Shown piece by piece: positions 35,125-44,465 of a stretch of DNA of 64,000 nucleotides (the first letter of the stretch is position 1; each line of letters begins with the position of its first letter). Origin of the DNA: a virus. The stretch is taken from positions 93,499 to 157,498 of IMG/VR virus record IMGVR_UViG_3300036770_008028; one strand, 5' to 3'. A model generated the notes under the pieces. It saw only the letters and a program-made list of their open reading frames with translations. It searched no databases and had not been told where the DNA came from. The translations under genes and the position numbers were made by a program.

Positions 35125-35637
35125 CTAACCAGCCATCACACGGCTCACTGCAGTCATCACGGCCGCGATGCGACCAATGTCTCTCAGTTGCTCCACAGAG
35201 TAGCCTTCTGCCTTCAAGGTGTCGTAGTGCGCCTTAATGCAAAAGTGACATTTACCCACGATCGAAGCGGCCAGGCTGTAGGATTCAAAACGAGCCTTGG
35301 TGGTGCCACCGTGAGTGGCGATGGCGTTCATCCTCAATTGCGCGGGTAATCCTTGTAGATTAGCATCTTCTGCCATCTCTACATAGGGATACCATACGTT
35401 GGTCATGGCCATAAGGCTGGCAGCAGTGATCGCGGCCTCGGCTTCCTGTTGGTCCGCCAACTGGCTTTGGATCCAGGTCCACAGTTTAGTGTTACCAGTG
35501 GCGAACACAGCAGCCAAGGCCACTGCTTCGGCTTCTTCTGCAGCCAAGGTATTGCGTTTGACCACCGCATCGATGTTCAAGCGAGTGTCTTTGGCGTAGT
35601 CAGGCAGGCCATCTTTGAGTTGATCTACCCACTGCAT
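35125..35637 (-). CDS. ahpD: Alkylhydroperoxidase AhpD
   Basis: LPDYAKD..LN, MAMTNVWY and CHFCIKAH (CxxC..H) motifs; adjacent to ahpC. Confidence 0.93.
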   Translation of the reverse strand: MQWVDQLKDGLPDYAKDTRLNIDAVVKRNTLAAEEAEAVALAAVFATGNTKLWTWIQSQLADQQEAEAAITAASLMAMTNVWYPYVEMAEDANLQGLPAQLRMNAIATHGGTTKARFESYSLAASIVGKCHFCIKAHYDTLKAEGYSVEQLRDIGRIAAVMTAVSRVMAG

Positions 35638-35639
35638 CG

Positions 35640-36200
35640 TTAGGCCGCTTTCTTGAGTTTTTTAGTTTCAAGAGTATCTGCACCAACTTGGCGATTGCAC
35701 TCGCACAGTTCACCGGTCTGGAGAGCATCCAGCACACGAAGGGTTTCGTCAGCACTGCGACCCACGTTGAGGTTATTGACCGTGACATGCTGGATCACAC
35801 CTTCGGGATCGATGATAAAGGTGGCACGGAGAGCGGCACCTGCCGGCGCAAAGAACACGCCCAATTGATTCACAAGGCTCAGTTCACCACGCTGGGTGTC
35901 TGCGAACTGGATGTGACGGATTTTGCGCAGATCTTCATGGGAGGCCTGCCAGCCCAGTTTGCAGAACTCGTTGTCTGTGCTACCTGTGAGCAACACAGCA
36001 TCGCGGTCCTCAAAGTCCGAGAACAGTTTGTCGTAAGCCACGATCTCGGTGGGACACACGAAAGTGAAGTCTTTGGGGTAGAACACGATCACTTTCCATT
36101 TACCCACAAAGCTCTGCTCCGTGATGTCAAAAAACTTGTCAGATCCAGGATTCACACCTGTCACAACAAATGGTTCAATCTTTTCACCTACTGTTTTCAT
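35640..36200 (-). CDS. ahpC: Peroxiredoxin AhpC
   Basis: FYPKDFTFVCPTE, RATFIIDP and LQTGELC motifs. Confidence 0.96.
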   Translation of the reverse strand: MKTVGEKIEPFVVTGVNPGSDKFFDITEQSFVGKWKVIVFYPKDFTFVCPTEIVAYDKLFSDFEDRDAVLLTGSTDNEFCKLGWQASHEDLRKIRHIQFADTQRGELSLVNQLGVFFAPAGAALRATFIIDPEGVIQHVTVNNLNVGRSADETLRVLDALQTGELCECNRQVGADTLETKKLKKAA

Positions 36201-36353
36201 ATTTTTTTTCCTTTTGGTTTGGGGGATTTTGAGACCCTATGTCTCAGTGTTTCTACTATGATACACGAGTATATATCATAGAGTCAACCTAATTTTTATA
36301 AAATTTTATTACTTTTTTCCTATGGGCGCTATAGCCTAGCACAATAGGAAAAA

Positions 36354-36608
36354 CTGCTCTGACAGCTCCGTCGCGGTGTTTTAAGTTACGCCCTATCACA
36401 CCTGGTTAGACTTACACAGACAGCCATCGCTTCTGTGCGCCCTCAGCAGGTCGAACTCCATTAAATGGATAAGGTGATAGGCACCTCCGCTCGCCACAGG
36501 CCCGTTGTCGCATTGCCAGCGCCAGTTCGGTTGGACTGGAACCACCCGTGGCTGTCACACCACTTCTCATCGTCTGGGTCGGACTATCCGGTGACGCCGG
36601 AACGTTCT
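36354..36608 (-). ncRNA. Candidate multi-stem ncRNA (about 250 nt), class unknown
   Basis: Stems GTGGTGT/ACACCGC, GCCACGGGT/GCCTGTGGC, CCAGT/ACTGG, CCTATCAC/GTGATAGG and GCACAGA/TCTGTGT; G-U pairs form only on the minus strand. Confidence 0.55.
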
Positions 36609-37520
36609 TTACTCAGCGGGTTGACTCAGTCCCCGCCATTGGTTTACTATCACAGGTTGGTCGCTCTGTTTCCACAGCACACCGTCCCAGTGGCACCGTT
36701 GCGGAAACGGCCAGGTACCGATGATCACTTCGTATTCACCTTCTCTCACAGGATCCAGGCTGGCAGGCCACCAGGGTGTGAGTTCAATACCTTCCCAGGT
36801 TTCGATCTCAGAATCGATGGCCTCTTGGGCCCACATCTCTTCACCTTCTGGAATAGGAATATCTAGATCATCTTCTTGCTCCACACGATATACCTTGAAC
36901 TCCATGCCCTTGCCAGTGGTACTGTAGCCATCATGGCCTTCTACGTCTTCGCCATCATATTCCACGCCCGAGATCAAGCGCCACCCATCGCAGTCCTGCC
37001 AGGAGATCGACAGTTTCTTGGGATCAAACGGTTGGGTGATACGGATGGTGCCAGAGAAAAAGGTGCCCTTTTCGATGCTCTGTGCCAGGAACACACAGGT
37101 ACCGTCGGGCTGGTCCTCCTCGGGGCAACAATGACTGTGATTCATGGTATCCACGCCCTGGGAGGCCAGGTGATCGAGATCGAGGTTACTCTCAAACAGA
37201 TCTCGTCCTTCCAGTAAATCTGTCACAGTGATCCAGCAGGCATTGGATGCTTCACAGCCCGACTCGTGGCAGATATCATCAACGTCATGCCAGGCACCAT
37301 CGGTGCAGAAACGTGCATCCGCGGGCACATCCATGGTGCCATCCCAGTCGTAAACAAAGTCATCTAGGTCGTCGCGATCTTGCCAATAGTCGTAGGCTTC
37401 TTCAGAGATGCTACCGATCACGATCTCCCCACCGTAGCCACTGAGGCAGATCTCTACATCCCGCGGAGTGAATTTTAATGCATCTACTAGATCTTGTTTC
37501 TGTTTACGAGTGGCCATTGG
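36609..37520 (-). CDS. Acidic hypothetical phage protein
   Basis: Long ORF (GYGGE..., EKGTFF); start chosen at MATRK. Confidence 0.7.
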   Translation of the reverse strand, partial: PMATRKQKQDLVDALKFTPRDVEICLSGYGGEIVIGSISEEAYDYWQDRDDLDDFVYDWDGTMDVPADARFCTDGAWHDVDDICHESGCEASNACWITVTDLLEGRDLFESNLDLDHLASQGVDTMNHSHCCPEEDQPDGTCVFLAQSIEKGTFFSGTIRITQPFDPKKLSISWQDCDGWRLISGVEYDGEDVEGHDGYSTTGKGMEFKVYRVEQEDDLDIPIPEGEEMWAQEAIDSEIETWEGIELTPWWPASLDPVREGEYEVIIGTWPFPQRCHWDGVLWKQSDQPVIVNQWRGLSQPAE

Positions 37521-37681
37521 CATCACCGGGATTGGAAAACAGTGCTTTTGAAATTGTTGAAAAACAGTGCGGAATCCAACCTGCAAAGGCCACGGCATAG
37601 GCCGCTGCCAAAGGTGTATCCCAGTGAACGAAGATCAGCACCAGGCAGATCAAGGCAATAATACCGGCCATGACTCTCATG

Positions 37682-37933
37682 TTATTTCCTCATCAGTTCC
37701 TGTTGAACACGGGTCTGCTCATTTTCGTAGATGCTGTAGCTGAGCCGGAACCACGAGATGCCGGCATCCAGGATCACCAAGCCTGCACCCGTGGCTGCCA
37801 CAGTCATGACCAAGGCAGCGGGTGCCGCAAACAGCATCAGCACAGTGGCCACGGCTAAGCACAAGAAACCCCAGAAAGTGGGACTGGCGAAACAGCCCCG
37901 GAACCGCCATTTAATGAATCCTTTAATGTTCAT
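37682..37933 (-). CDS. Small two-TM membrane protein
   Basis: AAGGAGG Shine-Dalgarno; two hydrophobic segments. Confidence 0.7.
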   Translation of the reverse strand: MNIKGFIKWRFRGCFASPTFWGFLCLAVATVLMLFAAPAALVMTVAATGAGLVILDAGISWFRLSYSIYENEQTRVQQELMRK

Positions 37934-37979
37934 TGATACCTCCTTGATGTGTTGATAGCGTTAGTATAACAGGCTGTGA

Positions 37980-39032
37980 TTAATTGGTCAAGCGGCGAAT
38001 TGAATCCTCAAATCTATCAAACATGTCAGCAACAACATGATTCAGTCGGAAAAAGTTGTTTTGATTTTTCATCGCAATGTTCATCAGGACTGGCTTGTTT
38101 GTTTGCCAATCAAAATTTTGTAAAGTATCGCACAGACGCACTATCATATCTATTCTATCACGGTAGTCTGTGACAGTATCATAGGTTTCATCCCAGACCG
38201 TGTTGTAGGTTTCGAACCCTAGTTCTCTCAGGTGTTTCAAAAAATAAGGTGTAGAAACAGAAATAAATGGCATGCCGGATATTAGGACTTTTACTGTTTT
38301 TTCTGTAAGGAAGAATTGCTCCTGAAAATCAATGTCGGTTTCCACTACTAGATTAAAAAATGCCTGGTTATACATCTTGATAGGCAGTGTCTGGCTGACA
38401 TTATGATAGTGTTTTTCCACCAGATCACTATAGGGATCAAATGTTCCTGGCGCAAAATCAACAACATCGGCATGACAAGGCATGCCACGATCTTGGCCGC
38501 TGTAGCGCAAAATATAGTTTGAATATGATAATTTTGACCGCAGTTGATCCACGAGATAGGTTCGTTCCGATCGGATATTACCAATGGTGCTGACAAACAC
38601 AGCCGATTTAGCACAATCATAGTCATATTTTTTTTCAGAATAGTAACAGAATTTGTAAGGATTTAGATAGGTGTTTGACACGTCCAATAAAAAAAACGGA
38701 TAGTATATAAGCTCATATTCAAAAAACAATCTATAGTGATCTTGATTCCACCATCCATTGCTTAAAATTAGGTATTTGTGATCGGATCTATATTGATCAA
38801 ATAACTGTTTGCTATGTATACCTTCGGTGATACAATCAATCACCACGATTTCACTATCGCTGGTGTTAATTGATTCTATATCGGAATGATGGAAGCAAGG
38901 CCAGCCCTGCTCGCAGGATGTCACTAGGGACTTCCTGCTAGAGATATAGAAGTTGCTGTTATCGATGTACGAGTTATACATGTCCAAAAAGTCTTGAATG
39001 CCATTGCAACCATTTGTATTGATTTTAATCAT
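37980..39032 (-). CDS. Glycosyltransferase-like protein (same family), AT-rich
   Basis: FNLVVETD...FLTEKTVK...MPF...GFETY...DETYD. Confidence 0.6.
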   Translation of the reverse strand: MIKINTNGCNGIQDFLDMYNSYIDNSNFYISSRKSLVTSCEQGWPCFHHSDIESINTSDSEIVVIDCITEGIHSKQLFDQYRSDHKYLILSNGWWNQDHYRLFFEYELIYYPFFLLDVSNTYLNPYKFCYYSEKKYDYDCAKSAVFVSTIGNIRSERTYLVDQLRSKLSYSNYILRYSGQDRGMPCHADVVDFAPGTFDPYSDLVEKHYHNVSQTLPIKMYNQAFFNLVVETDIDFQEQFFLTEKTVKVLISGMPFISVSTPYFLKHLRELGFETYNTVWDETYDTVTDYRDRIDMIVRLCDTLQNFDWQTNKPVLMNIAMKNQNNFFRLNHVVADMFDRFEDSIRRLTN

Positions 39033-39405
39033 GGTGGTCCACAGGATGCCATCCAATCTCGGCTAGATCATGCCGGATCTCGTCCGTGATGTGACCTTCT
39101 GCCACACGCAGTTCTTCTTTGCCGTTGTGCACCAAATCGTCATCGGGATGGCTCTGCATCATGCCCGAGCAGTACCAATCCATGTAATCTCCCTCGCCTC
39201 GGATATCGGCTATGATCGATCCGGCTGACCTCCAGGAACATGACCATGTCTTATCGGTCAACACGGTCCAGACATCTTGATACTGCCATTCTTGGTTGCA
39301 CATGGCCGCATAGAGATTCTGCGCATACACATCGTTGTCACGTACTTTAGACACTAGCCAGTGGCACTGGCACATGTCCGTGTCCATCTGCCCAGTTGGT
39401 TCCAT
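39025..39405 (-). CDS. Conserved-type hypothetical phage protein
   Basis: YAQNLYAAMCN...WSCSWR...GDYMDWYCSG. Confidence 0.75.
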   Translation of the reverse strand: MEPTGQMDTDMCQCHWLVSKVRDNDVYAQNLYAAMCNQEWQYQDVWTVLTDKTWSCSWRSAGSIIADIRGEGDYMDWYCSGMMQSHPDDDLVHNGKEELRVAEGHITDEIRHDLAEIGWHPVDHHD

Positions 39406-39448
39406 TTGACTGATGGACTACAGGTCACTGCGTCTTGTCAACACGATG

Positions 39449-40507
39449 TCATTTCAATAGATGTTCTTTGAAGACGCTAGGAAAACGATAGGCATTTTCA
39501 TGCCACCAAACCATGTTTGTGAGTTTGGGTGCGGTGATATTTGCTCGGAGACGATTTACCACTTGGTTGCCATCATCAGCCGTGATCCACTCATAATTGC
39601 CAGTATCCTTTTGCAAGGCAGCAGCGGCATCTGGATCTGTGATCATTTTACGTAAAGCAGTCCTTAGACGTTCTGTGTTGGGATTGCCTTTGTTAACCCA
39701 CAATGCTTTTTGCAGAACATCCCGGAAGTTGCGGCTCAGGGTATATGCTTCGTAAAGAGGTCCTCTGGGTTCCTGGCCATGCAACTTCTTGAACACATCT
39801 TCAAATCTGAATCCGGCAGGAAAGTTTGGATCATCGTGCTGTTTCCTGGTGGCAAGATCGTAGATACCATGATGGAACCACAGTTCGGCCGCTGCTTCTG
39901 GCTTTTGATAATGCTTGAACCAGGCAGCCACTGATTCGCGAGCCACGTTGAATTCGCCACGCATGAATCCCAATCTTCGCTCACTGCCGGGCACACCATT
40001 GACCCAGATCACATTTTTGTTCCAGCAGTCAAGATAGGCCTGCATAGTGGGTAGATTACCACACACCAGCATGGCGATGGCCATACCGTCGGTTTCTTGA
40101 CCCGAACTGCCTGCAATCTTAACACGTTTTCCGTCTATGAGATCTTCGCCGCGTTTCTTGCCCACCACGATGTTGAGATTCATCATGCCGATTGAATCAT
40201 AGTGCTTGTAGTCATAGGCCACGTTGTCCACGAGATAGCCAATGCCGTTGCCGCCATGAGACACCATGATGACTTTGTCATCAAATCTCAGTTTGTTGTG
40301 GAACTCGTTGAAGCCGGGTATGTCTTTGGCTCCAGGAATGTGCTGGATAACAATGGGTTCACCCAACTGTTTTTCCAGATGTTTGGCTATGATTGCTGCC
40401 CAGACTGCTGTGCCGTTGCCGGCTGCCTGCGGCACAATCATGCGATATTCGGCCTGTGCAGCCGTGATGACAAAAAATGCAGCAAATGCCGCTAGTAACT
40501 TCTTCAT
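39449..40507 (-). CDS. TctC/Bug-like periplasmic substrate-binding protein
   Basis: Signal peptide MKKLL...AQA; MIVPQAAGNGT...LGEPIVIQHIPGA; next to TctA. Confidence 0.8.
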   Translation of the reverse strand: MKKLLAAFAAFFVITAAQAEYRMIVPQAAGNGTAVWAAIIAKHLEKQLGEPIVIQHIPGAKDIPGFNEFHNKLRFDDKVIMVSHGGNGIGYLVDNVAYDYKHYDSIGMMNLNIVVGKKRGEDLIDGKRVKIAGSSGQETDGMAIAMLVCGNLPTMQAYLDCWNKNVIWVNGVPGSERRLGFMRGEFNVARESVAAWFKHYQKPEAAAELWFHHGIYDLATRKQHDDPNFPAGFRFEDVFKKLHGQEPRGPLYEAYTLSRNFRDVLQKALWVNKGNPNTERLRTALRKMITDPDAAAALQKDTGNYEWITADDGNQVVNRLRANITAPKLTNMVWWHENAYRFPSVFKEHLLK

Positions 40508-40527
40508 TTGAATTTCTCCGTTGTAAT

Positions 40528-41970
40528 TTAGGTGTAATCGATACCACGATTTCTTCGCAACAAACTCCAGGCCATGATGCCTAGGCCGATCGTGATAATG
40601 CATACGAACAGTGGCCGTGCCAGGAGATCAATGAAAGAATATAGGGCCAGCGTCTGTTGCGAATAATTTTCTAACTTCTCACTGAGTATGTATGCCACCA
40701 GCACAGCCGGACGAGAAATTTTGAATCGCACACAGACCACGCCCAGCATCGAGCATATGGACAATACATAAAGATCATTCCATGTGCCCGAATACTGCCA
40801 ACAACTCCAGACTACCACGATCATGATCACCACGGCGTAGATCCAGTAAGGAATCTCCAGGATTTTCACTATCCAACGTGTGGTAAAGATACAGAGAAAG
40901 AAACACAGCACAGTGCCCACCATGAAAGCCATGCCTAGGGCTGTGATAAAGTTGGTGTCTGACAACAGTTCGGGTGAACCCAGCTCCAGACCAAAGTACA
41001 TGCAGATGGCCATCATGATGGCAGCAAATGGTGCGCCCGGTATGCCAAACAAAACAGTAGGTATGAGACTGGCAGGTTTCTGGGCATTGTTGGCGCCTTC
41101 GCAGCCCAAGAGTCCTTTGTAGTTACCGCATCCAAATTTCTCAGATCGGTGCCGGGCCACTGTGGCTCCGTAAGCCAGGATGTCACCGATGGTGCCGCCC
41201 ACACCCGGCAACAGCCCAGTAAAAAAGCCAATGGCTCCGCCTCTGGCCACGTCGCCTCGATGGTGCCAGCAGTCACCAAACCCTTGGCGAAGTTGTCGCC
41301 AGTAGTCCTGGATGGGTTCGGGTCGGTTGTTCTGGTGACGGAATCCTTGAAAGACCTCGGGCACAGCAAACAGGCCCGCGATCAAGGGAATCATCTGCAC
41401 ACCGGCAGCGAGATATTCCCAGCCAAAAGTGAGACGATGTGCACCGGTAGCAGGGTTCTGGCCGATCATGCCGATGAAGATGCCCAGACCAATGCTGATC
41501 ACGCTGAGCCAGGGATTGCGAGTGGTGATGAATCCCACGCAGGCCAGGCTCAAGATCATAAAGGCCATAAATTCCGGAATGCCAAAAAACATTATGAGCT
41601 TTGAATAGAACGGCATAAGGCCAAAGGCTATGGCTCCCCAGAACAACCCGTTCACAGTAGAATCCATCAGCGCGATGCCGATGGCGCGGCCAGCCTCACC
41701 GCGCTGAGCCATGGGATAACCATCTATGATTGATGCTGCCGTGGTGTTTGATCCCGGGATGCCGGTGAGTATGCTGGTAAAAGAATCTGCCGTGCTGCAG
41801 GCTGCTATCAGGCTGGTCATGAATACCACGCCTAGATAGGGATTGGCCATGAACTGATCTGCCAATCCAAACACAGTCAACAATCCGGTGGTTACTCCGG
41901 CCATGGGCATGATGCCTACTAACACACCATACAGGGTACCCAACAAGCACCAAATTATATATTCAATCAC
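40528..41970 (-). CDS. tctA: Tripartite tricarboxylate transporter large permease TctA
   Basis: G.LVGIMP, SILTGIPG, DGYPMA..GEAG.A, EGANNA and FGIPG motifs. Confidence 0.9.
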   Translation of the reverse strand: MIEYIIWCLLGTLYGVLVGIMPMAGVTTGLLTVFGLADQFMANPYLGVVFMTSLIAACSTADSFTSILTGIPGSNTTAASIIDGYPMAQRGEAGRAIGIALMDSTVNGLFWGAIAFGLMPFYSKLIMFFGIPEFMAFMILSLACVGFITTRNPWLSVISIGLGIFIGMIGQNPATGAHRLTFGWEYLAAGVQMIPLIAGLFAVPEVFQGFRHQNNRPEPIQDYWRQLRQGFGDCWHHRGDVARGGAIGFFTGLLPGVGGTIGDILAYGATVARHRSEKFGCGNYKGLLGCEGANNAQKPASLIPTVLFGIPGAPFAAIMMAICMYFGLELGSPELLSDTNFITALGMAFMVGTVLCFFLCIFTTRWIVKILEIPYWIYAVVIMIVVVWSCWQYSGTWNDLYVLSICSMLGVVCVRFKISRPAVLVAYILSEKLENYSQQTLALYSFIDLLARPLFVCIITIGLGIMAWSLLRRNRGIDYT

Positions 41971-42073
41971 TGTGTACTTTCATACTCACGATTCGATGAC
42001 ACGTTCCACACGAGTCTGAAAGCAAACCATGCCATCGATCTCACTTGCTTGCCTTTGATGTATGCATCAAGGA

Positions 42074-42301
42074 TCAATTAAGCCTATGCGGTGCCATCTT
42101 TTCTAATGCTTCTGCGATGATGTCTCTGTCTTCGTCATCCAGATCATCCCAGTCCTCCAAGGCCACGGAATTCTCCGCCAGTTCGCCCGATTCAGCCATG
42201 CGTTCGAGCTCGGCGACCAGGGCATCCAGTTCCTCCTGGGTACCGTCGAATGTGTCAAACGCGCCTGGCGCAAATTCTATCTTGATCTTTTTGTCTGTCA
42301 T
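42074..42301 (-). CDS. Small acidic hypothetical protein
   Basis: IEFAPGAFDTFDGTQEELD. Confidence 0.65.
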   Translation of the reverse strand: MTDKKIKIEFAPGAFDTFDGTQEELDALVAELERMAESGELAENSVALEDWDDLDDEDRDIIAEALEKMAPHRLN

Positions 42302-42317
42302 GTCTTTCTCAGTAGAA

Positions 42318-42392
42318 TGGTACCCCGGGCAGGAATTGAACCCGCACTCTGTCGATTATGAGTCGATTGCTTTACCATTAAGCTACCAGGGT
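42318..42392 (-). tRNA. tRNA with CAT anticodon, Ile2 (lysidine)-like
   Basis: Anticodon arm CGACTCATAATCG as in proteobacterial tRNA-Ile2; CCA. Confidence 0.8.
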
Positions 42393-42400
42393 ATGTAATG

Positions 42401-42429
42401 ATTATAACAGTACTGGCATATCAAGTCAA
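42401..42429 (-). promoter_or_regulatory. Sigma70-like promoter for the orphan tRNA
   Basis: TTGACT-17 nt-TATAAT with extended -10 TG. Confidence 0.8.
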
Positions 42430-42446
42430 TGTCATATCACGGTCAT
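42429..42446 (+). promoter_or_regulatory. Pho box
   Basis: ATGTCAT-ATCA-CGGTCAT, 11-nt period, upstream of the PlcP-like gene. Confidence 0.7.
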
Positions 42447-42487
42447 AGTTGCCGTTTTGGTACCTATGATACAGGTTAAATAATTGT

Positions 42488-43375
42488 GTGATGCCGCATA
42501 CCTACCGAAGCATATTCATCTCAGACGTGCATCTGGGAACCCGCGACTGCCAGGCTGATCGGCTCAACAGTTTCCTAAAACATCACACCTGCGATACCCT
42601 GTATCTGGTAGGCGACATCATAGACGCCTGGAAGATCCAGCAAAATAAATGGCGCTGGAGACAGAGCCACACCAATGTGGTTCGGCGCATCCTGGGTCAT
42701 GCCAAACGCGGCACCCGCGTGATATTCATAGCAGGCAATCACGATGAATTTCTCAGACCCATGATTCCGTTTGGCATATCATTTGGCCTGATCGAGATCG
42801 CGAACCAGGCGGAACACCAGGGTGCGGACGGTCGCCGCTATCTGGTCACCCACGGAGACATGTTTGATGGCATCACGCGCCTGGCGCCCTGGCTGGGATT
42901 CCTAGGTGACAAGGCCTATGATTTCGTGCTGACTCTCAACAGCCGTTTCAACGCTGTGCGCCGCAGACTGGGCCTGGGCTACTGGAGCCTGAGCCGGTAT
43001 CTCAAGCACCGAGTGAAAAAGGCCGTAGATTTCATATTCGAGTTTGAACGCAATCTCGCAACCTACTGCCGAAAACGAGGATTCGACGGTGTGATCTGCG
43101 GACACATACATCATGCCGAGATCAAAGAAATAGACGGTGTTTCTTACATGAACGACGGTGACTGGGTGGAATCATGTACCGCTCTGGTAGAACATCATGA
43201 CGGTCGCTGGGAGATAGTGACCTGGACTCAGGAGAAAGACGATGTGGATCATGATCTTGCTGGCAGTACACACCAACGATCCCCAAGACCGGCCAGGCAG
43301 GATCGAACTCACATTTCCGGACCAGGTCCAGTGCCAGACAGTGCTGGCAACCATGCAGTACGAACTGAAGTTTAA
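42488..43375 (+). CDS. PlcP-like phospholipase C (LpxH-family metallophosphoesterase)
   Basis: FISDVHLGTR.CQA, LYLVGDIID.W, GNHDE, HGDMFD, CGHIH and NDGDWVES motifs; next to a GT4 gene and a Pho box. Confidence 0.85.
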   Translation: MMPHTYRSIFISDVHLGTRDCQADRLNSFLKHHTCDTLYLVGDIIDAWKIQQNKWRWRQSHTNVVRRILGHAKRGTRVIFIAGNHDEFLRPMIPFGISFGLIEIANQAEHQGADGRRYLVTHGDMFDGITRLAPWLGFLGDKAYDFVLTLNSRFNAVRRRLGLGYWSLSRYLKHRVKKAVDFIFEFERNLATYCRKRGFDGVICGHIHHAEIKEIDGVSYMNDGDWVESCTALVEHHDGRWEIVTWTQEKDDVDHDLAGSTHQRSPRPARQDRTHISGPGPVPDSAGNHAVRTEV

Positions 43376-43445
43376 ATCATTCCAGGTACGAGGCCAATGC
43401 GTAGAAAAATCCTCATCATCACAGACAATGTCCCAGATCAAATAA
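43242..43445 (+). CDS. Small hypothetical phage protein overlapping the PlcP-like tail
   Basis: AGGAG Shine-Dalgarno; MWIMILL...F.....C......C pattern. Confidence 0.5.
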   Translation: MWIMILLAVHTNDPQDRPGRIELTFPDQVQCQTVLATMQYELKFKSFQVRGQCVEKSSSSQTMSQIK

Positions 43446-44398
43446 ACGGTGTGGTAACCACGTTCCGCAACATAGAAATACCGGCCCAACACGATGGATA
43501 CGATGTGTCCTATATTGATCCCACGCACTTCCGGTCATGGCCGGCACCGGGCTATCCTGAAGTGCGACTGAGCTGGCCTCGTGGTATCGGCCGGCGCATA
43601 GAAGCACAGCACCCGGATCATGTACACATCGCCACGGAAGGTCCTGTGGGCCTGGCCGCCAGACTCTGGTTGGACCGAAAAGGCTGGCGCTACAATACCT
43701 CCTATCACACCAGATTCCCCGAATTCATGTCTCAGATCTATAGGGTGCCCACTGCATGGACCTATGCCTATGTGCGCTGGTTCCACAAGCATTCAGGTCG
43801 TGTGCTCACAACAACTGACACCATGGTGCGGGATCTCAGGGCACATGGATTTTCTGGAGACATACGGTCATGGACACGCGGTGTGGATCGCGTGATCTTT
43901 GATCCCGGTCTGCGCAATAGATCGGGTGGAGATAAGATATTACTGAATGTAGGCCGTGTGAGCCGGGAAAAAGGCCTAGACGATTTCTGCGAACTGCAGA
44001 TACCAGGCACACGCAAGATCGTGGTGGGTGATGGTCCTTATCTCGCAGAACTGCGTGACCGGCACCCCGACGTGGAGTTTGTGGGTGCCCGTACTGGACG
44101 CGACTTGGCACAGTATTTCGCCGATGCCGATGTGTTTGTGTTCCCTAGTCGCGTGGACACATTCGGTGTTGTGATAATAGAAGCCCTGGCCATGGGTACA
44201 CCGGTGGCCGCCTACCCGGTACCCGGACCGCGCGACATCCTCACAGCCGGCATCACCGGTCACATGGAACTGGATCTGGAATCTGCTGTGCTGCGCTGCC
44301 TGGATCTGGATCGTGCCCAGGTGCTGGCAGCTAGCCATGCCTGGACCTGGCAGGCCTGTTGGGAGATCTTCCGTGACAATCTAGTAGATTGCATGTAA
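43397..44398 (+). CDS. GT4 glycosyltransferase, Agt-like (diacylglycerol glycosyltransferase)
   Basis: ITDN...QINGVVTT, YPEVRL, HIATEGPVG, TSYHTRFPE and FPSRVDTFG..IEA motifs. Confidence 0.87.
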   Translation: MRRKILIITDNVPDQINGVVTTFRNIEIPAQHDGYDVSYIDPTHFRSWPAPGYPEVRLSWPRGIGRRIEAQHPDHVHIATEGPVGLAARLWLDRKGWRYNTSYHTRFPEFMSQIYRVPTAWTYAYVRWFHKHSGRVLTTTDTMVRDLRAHGFSGDIRSWTRGVDRVIFDPGLRNRSGGDKILLNVGRVSREKGLDDFCELQIPGTRKIVVGDGPYLAELRDRHPDVEFVGARTGRDLAQYFADADVFVFPSRVDTFGVVIIEALAMGTPVAAYPVPGPRDILTAGITGHMELDLESAVLRCLDLDRAQVLAASHAWTWQACWEIFRDNLVDCM

Positions 44399-44421
44399 TA
44401 ATACTGTCATATAACGGTCAC
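44393..44421 (+). promoter_or_regulatory. Pho box (three half-sites) upstream of pstS
   Basis: ATGTAAT-AATA-CTGTCAT-ATAA-CGGTCAC. Confidence 0.85.
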
Positions 44422-44465
44422 TAAGTATCCTTAGTGCAATTCGCACTTTCACAAAGGAGACCTCA

